NCBI GenBank assembly: GCA_012295275.1
Contig: CM022673.1
Location: forward strand, 24,304,001 to 24,368,000
DNA length: 64,000 nucleotides
Direction: 5' to 3'
From: Chrysomallon squamiferum
Lineage: Eukaryota; Animalia; Mollusca
In this document: positions 1 through 16,781 of the stretch, one piece after another
Layout: the number at the start of each line of letters is the position of its first letter
Position numbering within the stretch: the stretch's first letter is position 1
The notes under the pieces: generated by a model
Seen by the model: only the letters and a program-made list of their open reading frames with translations
The model's database searches: none
Told to the model about the DNA's origin: nothing
Position numbers and translations under genes: made by a program

Positions 1-741
1 CGTGGGGAGACATGCAAACTGCGGCAGATGAAAAGGAGATGTGTAAATTAGCGAGGTAAGCAAACCAGCCGCCAGCCGTTCTCATTGTGTGTGTGAAAAT
101 TAATTAACATGTAGACGAAAAGAACAGAGAAAAAACAACAAAAAAAAAATGCTGGGGATATGAAACAAATGAATGCAGTCCCTTTTTTTTTGTTGTTGTT
201 TTTTTACGTGTGAGGTACATTTTAACAAGTATTTTATACAAATTTAGATCAATCAGACAAAACACCTCCTATTTAGCACCTTTCCGACAAAACAACCAAT
301 ATTACGTAAGAAACATTTCGTTGTGTGCACTTCAAAGACGTTCCGACCTAATTAATACAAGCCGCCCCGACCTTGCTGAACATTTCCAAGGTAACGGTTA
401 CGTTAGCAACTGTTATCCAATCAACGACATCGGTGCAAATATCAGCTGACACTTGTTACCCAACTGTCAATGACACTTCTAATTAAAACTTTCCTTACCG
501 TGAGAAATGGACATTTTTAATACAACGCAGAGGGGCGGGGCTTGGTTACTGCGATTGACAGCGTGGGTTGGTAAACAGAACAGTGACACTACAACAACGA
601 CGATGATGATAATTATGATGATGATGATGTCGATAATAATAATAATATCGCGGTTATTATTGTTGTCGTTGTTTTGGTTCTTAATCGGATATTCTTTCTA
701 AACTGAAGGCTTATTGTTGAACGAACAAAATTATTATGCAT

Positions 742-794
<53 letters not shown>

Positions 795-1823
795 CGTGCT
801 TATTATGATTGAATATGTTAATATATATATATATATATATAAGATATCACAATTCAGGATTAACTCAGACAGGATGTTCTGTCAAAGGGATAGATGATAA
901 ACTTTTTAATAAAATGATTACGAAGAGAAACAAACATGAGCAGGTTAAAACAGAGAAAACGCCTCTGTCATGTTTGTGATAGATTAGGAAATCACTGGAA
1001 ACGCCCAACCTGTGACACCAACGTCATGAATATCAAAAAAGTTTTAAAAATAAATACGAAAATGTACAATATACTTTCCTAATGTAGTTAAATGATTTTT
1101 TTTTTTAACAGATTATGCATGTAATAATTTACTCAAGTTATACTTTATAGCTGTTTTCTAGATTATTGATGTATTTTTCAATCCTTCCATTTTAAGCTCG
1201 TTCCTAACGATATCTTATTAAATCTTTGGTGTTTCTTTCTCTTTTTTTTTTTTTTTTTCTCTCTCTCTCTTTTTTTTTTTTTTTTTTTTTTTTTGTTTGT
1301 TTTGTTTGACAAACTAGTTTCTTGTTCAGAGTTCGGTGGGTGAGATGCACCATCGATGTAAATATAACTCTCAACCAGTCACCCGCATCTTTTGTAAAGA
1401 GACAGCAGCGCCCTGTACCCGCCTGTCCTCGTAAAACAGACATTGTGATACCCAGGGTGTTTGTTTACACACCGGCTCAAAGAATTGTTTTCTATCAGGG
1501 AATTACTGTTCAAATTGCCCGTTCTAACGCGAAGATTTACGACAATGAAAGTCGGATGTGGTTTAGAGAGAAATCAAAACAATGTACAGTAGAGAAGCGA
1601 GAGAAAAAAAGGCCTATTTTGCTCCTGATAATGGTCATTACTGTCAGATTTATGAACGAGAAGATCTTTTGTCTACTGTTGAATTTATAAACGAGTTGGG
1701 CAGGATAATGTGCAGGCTGGAAAAATAAAAAATATCGGGACAAATAAATCTGTTGTAATTTATTTTTTAGTGTTTGGTTAATATGTGTAATTACTTCCCC
1801 CATTTTGCTCTCTCTATGCATTG

Positions 1824-1825
<2 letters not shown>

Positions 1826-1909
<84 letters not shown>
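1826..1909. repeat. (CT)n microsatellite
   Basis: Pure dinucleotide run; similar (CT/GA)n runs at about 5465-5522, 9964-10072, 56373-56444, 57211-57290 and 63639-63737. Confidence 0.97.
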
Positions 1910-1913
<4 letters not shown>

Positions 1914-2386
1914 AAGTATGCAGCTATGAATTTATAAGTATTTTTTTAACTAACTATAATTGAATAGCAAAATTAAAGCAATTTATTTCCTCCCCCCAGG
2001 ATAAATGAATACCTTACTAGGCTTATATTAAAAAAAAAATGTTTGATTAATTTTTGAAAATAACTTCCCCATTTTGCTCTCTCTCATTGTATGCTCCTCT
2101 CTCCCCAGGAAAAAGAATACTCTCTCTCTCTTGTTTTCAGTGAACAGTGTTGATGTTGTTTTGTCGTTTCTCTAACACTGTAAACCTTTGACAGTCACAA
2201 ACTGAATATCTCTGTTACTACGTGATATCACATAACGAATAATGTTATGTGATCAAAGTTTATTTTTATTTTTCCCGCTTGTGTACATTGAGCAAACTCT
2301 ATCACTGCTAAGTTCGGAAAAATTAAATAATGGAAAGAGATCGTTTAATAATGTGCTTGCTTTATTTTTCTGGTGTTTTGGGGTTG

Positions 2387-2446
<60 letters not shown>

Positions 2447-3435
2447 TTTCTTTTTTCTTTTTTTTTTAAACTTTTTGTTAGTTTGTTGTTGGATTTAATG
2501 TGACTTTTTTTTTTTTTTTTTTTTTTTTTTATTTAATTTAAAAAAAGAATAATGTTAATTTTAGACTGAAATCATTATAACAAGCACAAGAAGAAACATA
2601 AAGCAGTGTTACTTTGATGGAACTTCTAGAAATATATTATCCAAAAATAATATTATATAGGATCATCAGCACAGTGGTTTGTCTGCAGTCTCTCAACAAG
2701 TCATTATTTCTTCTAAAACCTTTCGTTTTCTACTTTTTTTTTTTTTTTCTTTTTAATAACAAACGGCTTCTTTCAGTTGATAAAATGTTCCAACCTTTAA
2801 AAAAGTCACAGAGTACTTTGATGAATTGGAAAAACAGACCTTTTCGTTCCAGTCGATCGATCCCGTGACCTCTGGCACGCCAGACAGAGACATACCACTG
2901 AGAAACAAGTGGGCGCGGTACACGTACAGACACCAGTGTACGAGAGTCTTCACAGCAGAAAATGTTTTTAAAATACACGTTCATTTCTATCACCTCGCTA
3001 ATTTCAAACAGTCCGCGTATTCATAATTATTACAAGACCGGTTCTTTTTTTTTTTTTTTTTTTAAACAGGATCGTGGGAACTGAGGTCTGCTATGTATCT
3101 CACATCTAGTTAAAATGTTTCTGTATATACTAATTATTTACACTTTTTAAAATAAACTCACTGCTCGCGTAAAATACGAATACTCGGGGGCGAAAGAGCA
3201 GAAGTTAAAATTCAGAATCCGCAAACTTAATGTAAAATAATCAATATTCAGTATCTCTACTGAATTTAAAATTAAATTCTTTTAAAACGACTTTTGTATC
3301 TTCATTTGCCTAAAATTATTTTTGTTGTTCTGTCCATTCTCTATTAATTTTGTTAAAGTAATATTTTTCATTACTTTCATGACTATTTTATATATATAAA
3401 TAAAAATCATATATATATATATGTATTCAAAATTT

Positions 3436-3869
3436 CAGGGTTCCCAAAAGTAACCGAACCACAAACTTAAATTTAGACATTAAAATAACAAATTTAATTC
3501 CATCTTTTATGTCATTTTTTCTTTTTACTATTCATTATATATATAAGACTTGAAATGGTACCCTCACTCTTAAAAATGCAGCGAAGAACTTTAGATCTTT
3601 TTGTTATTATATATATATAGTTTAAAAAAATGCTAATAAATAGGACCATTGATCAACTGAAACAAAGTATTCAGCACGAATGGAACCAAATTTCAGTGGA
3701 AACTTGCCAAAAAGTATGTCGCAGTGTTGTCAGAAGGTGTCGTGATTGTATTGAAGTTCAAGGTAGACATTTTGAACATTTGGAAATACTAAATATACAG
3801 ATTAAATTTGTTGTTTTTAATATCTAATTTTATTTAAGTTTGCGGTTCGGTTACTTTTGGGACACCCTG
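3436..3869 (+). mobile_element. Internally deleted Tc1/mariner DNA transposon (MITE-like)
   Basis: Imperfect TIRs of about 60 bp (CAGGG.TCCCAAAAGTAACCGAACC.CAAACTTAAAT); TA on the right flank, TT on the left; internal remnant of a transposase C-terminus IDQLKQSIQHEWNQISVETCQKVCRSVVRRCRDCIEVQGRHFEHL. Confidence 0.88.
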
Positions 3870-4425
3870 TATTTCTATATATCGTAAAACGTATTGCATG
3901 TTGCAGAAATTCTAATCTCTAGTCATTTTTGTTTTATCTTTCGTATTTTTCTTTATCAGTTTCTTTCTTCTTCTTCTTTTTTTTTTTTTCTCTCTCTCTT
4001 TAACTTATAGAAAAAGAAGATATACTAGCACAAATAAATACAAAAATCAACGAAAAACATTAACGCTATAATACTTCCTTCCAGTAAACAGCGGTGAACA
4101 ATTTGTTGACAGCGGCACATATCGCTGATTCATTTCACATGTTGTCGTGTTAAGACTTCCTGGTCAAAAGCGCGGATATTACGACATGCACGTGTTATAC
4201 ATCGGCCACTGAAAACACTTTTGAACGTCTTTTGAAAAACTAGATACAATATTATTACAGCCGTCACTTAGCATCATTTTGTGAAATGTCCGGACTGGAA
4301 GTGATTAAAGCGTGTTTTCACTCTATTGTTGTTGGGTTTTTTTTTTCACACACACACGTGAGACGTAAAGAAAGACGTGTATGTAACAAGAGAGAGTTGT
4401 GAAAACAAACGTAGTCGCTGTTGTG

Positions 4426-4676
4426 CATGTATGTATGTATGTATGTGTGTGTGTGTGTGTGGAGTTTAGGATTTTTGAATATTCTCTGTCTTACGTACGT
4501 CTGAATAGACTCTGCACACAGACAGTATTCTGGAACGCACTGTCTCAGGACAAAGTCCAATCACGACCTCACAAAAACCTCGTCAGATGCCGTTGACGAG
4601 ACTCGAACGTATGGCACCCATTCGCCCGCACTCCGAAGGCGACGACGTTACCGTTCGGCCATCGAGACAGCCAAGT
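4426..4676 (-). mobile_element. tRNA-derived SINE with 15-bp target-site duplication
   Basis: On the - strand: A box TGGCCGAACGG (4661-4651), B box GTTCGAGTC (4608-4600), a unique body and a (CA)n/(TACA)n tail; flanked by the perfect direct repeat GTAGTCGCTGTTGTG at 4411-4425 and 4677-4691. Confidence 0.8.
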
Positions 4677-4691
4677 GTAGTCGCTGTTGTG

Positions 4692-5080
4692 TCTGTGTGT
4701 GTGTGTATGTATGTATGTATGTACGTATATGTGTGTGTGTGTATGCATGCATGTATGTATGTATGTATGTATGTATGTATGTATGTATGTATGAATGTAT
4801 GGATGGATGTATGTGTGTATGATTGTATATCTGTATATGTATGTGTGTATGTATGTATGTATGGATGGATGGATGGATGTGCGTGCGTGTCTGGGAATAA
4901 CAAGTACAGTTCTTTTGTATCTATATTTTATATATGTCTTTGTGTATGCGTGTGTCTGTGAGAGTGTGCATGCGTGTGTGTATGTATAATATGTGTGTGT
5001 GATTGTGTTTTTGCATCTGCGAGTATGTGTGTATGGTTGTGTATGGTTGTGTGTGTGTGTGTGTGTGTGTTTGTGTATGG

Positions 5081-5121
<41 letters not shown>
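4692..5121. repeat. Compound (GT)n/(GTAT)n/(GGAT)n simple-repeat tract
   Basis: Visible directly; similar tracts at about 7895-8070, 11330-11580, 50995-51255, 53743-53818, 55487-55630 and 61020-61410. Confidence 0.93.
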
Positions 5122-5123
<2 letters not shown>

Positions 5124-5442
5124 TAAACAACAAATTTAATCAGTGTTTAATCTGTTTGAGATAAACGGGGTAAAGGTGTAAATAACAGTTTGCTACTGGA
5201 TGATGACAACTGTAGTTACACGACCTGTCACAGTGCTACATACAGTAATAATACCTGCTGCAGATTTGTTGTTTATGTCTCTTTATCGTTATCTTCTTTC
5301 CCAACTCCCGTCATGAATTTTGTTGCTGCTTAAAAACATCTGGTTAACATCAACATAAAGGGAAAATGTGCTTCTTTTGAAACTTCTACCAAGTGATTAC
5401 TATATGTGTGCGTTCAGTGTGTGTGTGTGTGTGTGAGAGAGA

Positions 5443-5525
<83 letters not shown>

Positions 5526-7009
5526 AGGACTTCTTTTTTCGCGCATCTAATCTACATTTTAGCACTGAAACAGGATAACGTTATTTTGTTGTTGTTGTTG
5601 TTTTTTTGTTTTTTTTGAAATGCCCTATCTTAATAACAAATCTTGTACATTCTTTCGGTTTGCCTAATTCAGACTCTAGCAGAAAAAAAAAAAAAAAAAA
5701 AAAAGAAAAAGAACAACAACATTAAAAATCCCCAATACATAGCAGATGTGTTATTCGACTGATATTAAAATAATTACACACAGAGCCCCCCAAAAACATG
5801 ACTACATCCAGAAGCGAGAGAGAGACAGACAAACAGACAAGAGGGCAGCTGCATTCTAATTCGTATTCCAGTGACAAACGCTGTGAAGATCAGACTGGTT
5901 TTATTGGTCTGTTTTGCAGGCAGCACGCGGCGACTGCCGGCCGCTGTAAGGTCTAATTGCCATTGTGCCGTTGAAAGTCTCAGAGTGTAAAAGAATTTTG
6001 AAGAAAACGCTAAATTTGGTGACGTGATACAACGGAGTGGCGCGTGCCAGATGCCGTTTGTTGACCTCGACAGGTGGGATGCGCGCGCAGCTGTCGCGTG
6101 GCGGGGACACGCAGACGCGCCAGCGCTTCACGTGCTGGCACGGCATTGGTGGAGACTGTCGTACTGTGTGTGCGCGTGATAAGCAGGTACTTCGCGTGTG
6201 CGCGCATTTTCTAATAATAAAATATCTTTACAATTCAGAAAAAAAAAAATTAAAAAATAGAAAAAACGATAGAGAGAGAAAAGAAAAGAAAAGACTTTTT
6301 TTAACTCTAAATAATACCCCTTTTTCATTTCAGGATTCAAAAATATCAAAATAAACAGAATTCTAAGTTTATTCTGGTTATTCAGTTATTCAAAATATAT
6401 AAATCATCAATACAGTAGTAATATGAACAGTAGAAGTAGTAATAATATTAACTGTTATACTTGTGGTAAATGTCGTAATTATAATAGCAGTATTAATATG
6501 GTGGTGGTGGTGATACTAGTAGTATCAGTAGTAGTAATTTTCTTACAGAAGTAATAGTCATATTGTAGTAGTAGTCTTACTAGCAGTAATAGTAATGCAA
6601 CTATTTTTGTAGTATTAGAGGTTAATAATAGAATTTTGTCATTCTTTAGCATTATGCAGTGTTTTATCAACTGTTCTGAGGTTTATTAAGGTTTACTTGA
6701 TTGTAATCGGTGTTTAGATGTTAATGTTTACAATACTCGGAGAATATTTCATTGCACAAACACTGCGTTAGTGACACATATTAAGTTATCAGTTACAACA
6801 GCACGTGGAACAATAAGCACGACATTATAAATAAACACGTAAGTACCCATTCTTTGAACATGATACCTCGTTACTTCTCTGTTTGTTTACTCCATGTGTC
6901 TGCTACGGGTCTTGCGTAACTATCGTTCTCAGCAATTAGCAAGATCTCGCTATCGGTTTATTTACATTAACATATCAGCTCCGCTACAGCACTAAGTGAC
7001 ACCTGTTAA

Positions 7010-7158
7010 CCACGCCTCTTCCAGCACACCGATCGATTTGATTGGCTGACAGACAGCAGGGGTAGGGTACAAAGACGGGCAGAACATCTGCTATGTATAG
7101 AATGTGCAGTTTCTTGGTTCACATCAAACAAAATTTGTTTCGAAGCTAACAGGTGAGT
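7010..7158 (+). promoter_or_regulatory. Candidate promoter and non-coding first exon of the TNFR-like gene
   Basis: Reverse CCAAT box (ATTGG 7041-7045) followed by a consensus donor CAG|GTGAGT at 7152/7153, then T-rich intron-like sequence. The coding exon at 9210 begins with an acceptor, so an upstream exon is implied. Confidence 0.45.
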
Positions 7159-9211
7159 GTTTCATTCTCCACATATTTTATTTTATTTTTTTATTTTGTT
7201 TTCACTATAGATACTAATATTTTTTTTGGTACAGCACAGATGTCTGTTTTAAATACTTACTTTGAAACTGAATTACGGTTATTAAGAGAATAATAATTTT
7301 ATTATTTCTTTTTATAATTCTCTGTATCGTTTTAAAATAGTTTTGTATAATGAATTATTATATTAATAAATTTATATTAATTATAATTTACGACTTAGTA
7401 ATGTGTAACATCATTATATCTCTCTCTCTTTCTCTCTCTCTTTCTTTCTCACTTTCTTTCTCTCTCTCTCCATATATATATATAGATAGATAGATAAATA
7501 GAAAGATAGATATATACAGATATATATATATATATATATAGATAGATAGATAGATAGATATTTTAAAGAGGTTCCAAGCTCTTTCCTACTGTTATTTTCT
7601 TTCTGTACTTTGAAATTTGTTCTACTTACTATAGTGTGTGTGTGTGTGTTTGTGTGTGTGTGTAAAACGGGTTATTTTAAACTAATTTTTTCAATGGCCT
7701 TTACAGCTCTTAAGCAGTGTCTACATTTTTCTGGCTCGCATAGTATTCTTTCTAACGTACAACAACCATAGAAAAAAGATATATATATATACATACACAC
7801 ATAATAATAATAATAATGATGATAAATTAGGGAGTAAGTATAAAACCTAAGTATAGTATAGTTAAAAGTTTAATCTTTTTTATAATTAGAAAACAGTATA
7901 TATATATATATATATATGTATCTCTGTGTGTGTATGTATTTATATATATATGTACACATACACACACATACATACACACACATACATACAGACACATACA
8001 CACACACACATACATACATACACATACACAAACATACATACACATACATACACACACACACAAACACATATATCAGTAATCATTTATCAAAAAGATTAAT
8101 GATAATAATAATAATAATAACGACTACTATTACTGCTACTACTACTACTACTAATGTTACCACAATACATACATAAATAAATAAACTATAAATAAATACA
8201 TTTTTCAATTACTTCTTTGTGGTGGTCCCTGTGCTGTGAAAGCCGGTAACCAAAGTAATCACTCACAGTTAAGTTTTACGACAGGAAAGTTACACTCTGT
8301 TTCTTTGTCAGTGACACTTTGACCTGCTGGGAGATAAATACGATTTAAATTGACTTTAAACAAGGAAATGACCAGTCACGTAACATGCCATTTCAACTGA
8401 CCGGACAGTGGTCTAGTTCGCTCGGCTGGGTTTTCAAAAACCTGTTTTGATTAAGTTCTCGCGCGCGTGTGTGTTTGTGTGTGTGTGTACACTGAGTGTT
8501 CGCCGGACTGGGCCAGACAATTCACTTTCTCTCATTCGGCGAGGTTTTTAAATTAATATCTATGAAAACACCATCAAAACATCGCCCCCGACATCTGACA
8601 AGTTAGGTAACATCGAGACGTCAGAACACAAATACTCCATTCAGACCGAGTTGGACACCCACAGAGAAATCACAACATCAAAATATCCATTTTCTTCATC
8701 AACCGGAAATACACGACTACTACAATGGCGAAGCGACACGGAGTGATTACGACAATTACAGGGCCCGGAACGGATTACGACAGAAAGGGGAAAGGTCGAG
8801 GTCACTTAATAAAGGGATTAGCGGTGTCGTGTCAAGTTGGTCAGCCAGCGTATAATGCTTTTTAAAAAAAAGTTTCCTTGTTAGAGTCTTAAAACTTTAT
8901 TTCTTTAACATGAAGTCAACTTGTAAAGAAAACCGTTTGATGATGATTTATTTTACTTGCCTAAAGATGTACTCAGTTTTTATCATCATTAAAAGGTAAC
9001 CATTTCTCAGCCTGCGCTGCACAAAACCTTTTATTAATCTACGAACCGAAGGAATCAAAAATACAACACACATTTAATATCAGCATAGTTTAATCTGAAT
9101 TTGTCATTTAACTAACTCGCTAATTACTTTCCTTTCATTATCATCGTGTTTTAATCTGCACCAATGTGTTTTAAATTTTATTTAAATATTTATTTATTTT
9201 TATTTTCAGAA

Positions 9212-13401
<4,190 letters not shown>

Positions 13402-14147
13402 AAATGACGGGAGAACTATGTATTCAAAAATTGTGATAAAACTACAAACAAAGTTTTCAGCTATGACTTGTGTAAAAATGTGAAATATTTACTAAACTGT
13501 GTCATTATTATAATTAACTTTGCGAACAGAGAAAATGTACGTTTGTTCTGAATGAAGTGGAGAAACAAAACAAGAAGTGATTATGAATCTGAAAATAGTG
13601 TTAATTAACTTTACACGAATAGGATATTTCAACTGAAACTGTTTCTTCCAGTAGTTTATTGTATAAACCATCTGACAGTAAGAAGTTCGTGTGAAAAATT
13701 AAAAAATTGCAAGTAAATTGGATTCATTGAAGTTAGAATTTTTTCATTCCAACACTTAGAATTTTGTAAAGATTAAAACTTAACAAACACGTCAAAAAAA
13801 AAAAAAAAAACAACACGTTTGTACCGTTAGAAATAAATGTTATCTAACACTCAGTTTTTTTTTCAAGCTTGTTATGCCACATACATTAATTATTTAAAAA
13901 GTGTAATAAAATGAAACCCCCGTTTATAAAAACTTCTTTCTTAAAAGTGAACTTAAAATTAGGATTTAGATAATAAGCATTAACCAAAAATTACAATTGA
14001 TTATCATCATTATCACTTCATTATCATCACTGGTTTTTCAGTATCTTTTTTTCAGTTTATACCATGTGTTAGTACGTACTTACAACAAATCATTTTGAAT
14101 TAAATTTAATTCTTACAATGCCACGTCTCTCTAAATACATGAAACAT

Positions 14148-14385
14148 TCACGTCATACATACATCGTCTCAGTATTATTACGTCATACACACATCCTCTC
14201 AGTATTCATACGTCATACATACATCCTCTCAGTATTAATACGTCATACATCCTCTCAGTATTATTACGTCATACATACATCCTGTCAATATCATTACGTC
14301 ATACATACATCCTGTCAGTATTATTACGTCACACATACATCCTGTCAGTATTATTACGTCATGCATACATCCTGTTAGTATTATT
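14148..14385. repeat. 30-bp minisatellite, about 8 copies
   Basis: Unit CGTCATACATACATCCT(C/G)TCAGTATTATTA starting at 14151, 14181, 14211, 14241 (26-bp variant), 14267, 14297, 14327 and 14357. Confidence 0.95.
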
Positions 14386-15289
14386 TACAACTATCTTTTT
14401 TATGTTGTCTCATTTTAAATAACTGTATTATATGACTTGTGTGTATATATATATATATATGTGTGTGTATTTAATTAATATTTTCTGTTTTAAAAATGTA
14501 ATTTTCTGCTAAGAAAATAAATTATTTTTATATATACATATATATATAGTTCTACGTTTTCTTTTCAAGAAATATTCTGACTGATTGACTGTCTGATTTG
14601 TTTGTTTGTTTATTTTTTTCTTTCTTTTTTATCAGATCTGATATTACTTTCTTCTTTACATCATAATTACTACGAAATAATCTTCCAAACTAACCCTTGA
14701 CTCAGTACTAACACTGTTTTCATCTAGATTTACACAGAAATTTTCATATAAAACTTTTTTGAATTTCACACCTGTGAACAGGCCAAACACTCCTGAATGT
14801 TAAAAGTTGACATGTAATTTTTATACTTTTACGAGAGAGAGCAGCCTGGCTCCTACACGATCACGTGTCAGTTTGTCGTTGTTTTCTGAAATACTCTGAT
14901 ATCGTAGTGAAATGTAAAAACTGAAGATACTGGGATCGAAGCTAATCACATTCGTCATACATTCAGTTTGTAATTTTTTCTTCTTCTTCTATTTGTCAAT
15001 AAAACAAGAACAATAAATTATTGTGAATAAAACAAGAACAACAAAATAATAGAAAAAGAACGAAAGAAAGAAAAAAATGAAATAAACAGAAAAAAGAAAA
15101 ATACAAAAGAAAACCTAAATTAGCGAAACAAACTGACTATCAAATAAAAACCTCGACTTAAGATTTACACATCAGATAAAAACAAGAACACAACAACTAA
15201 ATGTTTCCTTTAGTGGTGGTGGTAGTAGTAGTTATATATTTTAATAACAAATATTTCAAACAAAGTAAATCTGGGGTTTTTTGATATCC

Positions 15290-15510
15290 TGCGGATGTCT
15301 TGTAAATATTTAACGAGTTTTTAATAAATATATACAATGCATTTAGTAAATATCTGTCACAATAACTAGCGGGTATTATTTAAATACCTGACAGGTATTT
15401 AGTAAACATCTAACACGTATTTAGAAAATATCTAACAGAGACTTTTTGTAGAAATCTGTATCGTATTTGGTAAATACCACGCAAGTATTTTTAAAATATC
15501 TTACAGCGTT
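15290..15510. repeat. Degenerate minisatellite, unit about 21 bp
   Basis: Recurrent GTATTTAGTAAATATCT(A/G)ACA-like units, roughly 10 diverged copies. Confidence 0.65.
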
Positions 15511-16307
15511 TTTTGTACGTTACAAAGTTTTCACGGAATGTCCTTCTCTCTTGTCGATTCATGTTCTAAATTTCCTTGTGTAAACATCAGTGCAGAGAAA
15601 TAATTGTTATTTATTTTCATCAGACTTCTTTTTCCGCGTTCTCATGTGTGCGACATCTGCCTGGATAAGGTAGTAAAATAACAGCATATGTTTTAAACTG
15701 CAGCAAAGGGCGATAATTCAGTGTCGAGAAGCTACTGACAAGATATGTACACTGTGTGATTTTGTTAACTAGTTCAGTCATATAAACATATTCATCTTTC
15801 TTTTTCTTCTTTTTTTTTTTCTTTTTTTGTTTTTGTTTTTTGAAAGAAATTTGTCTACAGAAGGTGTTTTATGACTATGTTAATTTGTTTTCTTCTTTAA
15901 GCTAATAAAATGTTACATACTTGCTACTTACTGTTAGTGATGTACTGGCTATTCAGACATTTTGTTATATGACACCCTTTGTTACATTTACAGAACGTAT
16001 TTAATAAAGAATTCAATCACTTCTGTATCAGCAAATAATATAATTTTAAAAATTATTTCTTTCTTATATAAACTCTAAATGTCTTAATAATAAAACAAGA
16101 CAAAGTTGGAAATTATTCTTTTAATTTGATTGTTTAATATCGGCATGTTAAAAATAGTTTTCCGTATGAAAAACAGAAGAAAGATTCATTCGTTATCAAA
16201 ATTACGTGGGTACCAAAACTTACTATTCTGTTCTGTTTATGCGGGAATGGTTTCAACATTTTAGAAAAGAAGATACGCTAATTATTTAAGGATACATTCG
16301 ATTCATA

Positions 16308-16781
16308 TATGTTATGTAACTATTAATTCATTAACATAGAAAAATCAGTTTATGTTATGTAACTATTTAATTCATTAACATAAAAAAATCAGTTTATGTT
16401 ATGTAACTATTAATTCATTAACATAAAAAAATCAGTTTATGTTATGTAACTATTAATTCATTAACATAAAAAAATCAGTTTATGTTATGTAACTATTAAT
16501 TCATTAACATAAAAAAATCAGTTTATGTAATGTAACTATTAATTCATTAACATAAAAAAATCAGTTTATGTTATGTAACTATTAATTCATTAACATAGAA
16601 AAATCAGTTTATGTTATGTAACTATTAATTCATTAACATAGAAAATCAGTTTATGTAATGTAACTATTTATTCATTAACATAGAAATATCAGTTTATGTT
16701 ATGTAACTATTTATTCATTAACATAAAAAAATCAGTTTATGTTATGTAACTATTAATTCATTAACATAAAAATATCAGTTT
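16308..16781. repeat. 43-bp AT-rich minisatellite, about 11 near-identical copies
   Basis: Unit TATGTTATGTAACTATTAATTCATTAACATAAAAAAATCAGTT. Confidence 0.97.

Noticed and set aside
4587-5133. ORFs rich in CVCMYV / HTHTYI repeats (also at 7.8-8.2, 11.4-11.6, 51, 55.4 and 61 kb), resembling metal-binding proteins
   Set aside because: They are translations of (GT)n/(GTAT)n microsatellites with no splice or compositional support.
14118-14378. 86-aa ORF with HTSCQYYYV repeats
   Set aside because: By-product of a 30-bp minisatellite whose unit is a multiple of 3; a 26-bp unit shifts the frame midway, arguing against coding constraint.
16308-16781. Regular repeat array considered as a CRISPR candidate (also 14148-14385 and 34758-35030)
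   Set aside because: Units are head-to-tail with no unique spacers, there are no cas genes, and the context is eukaryotic.
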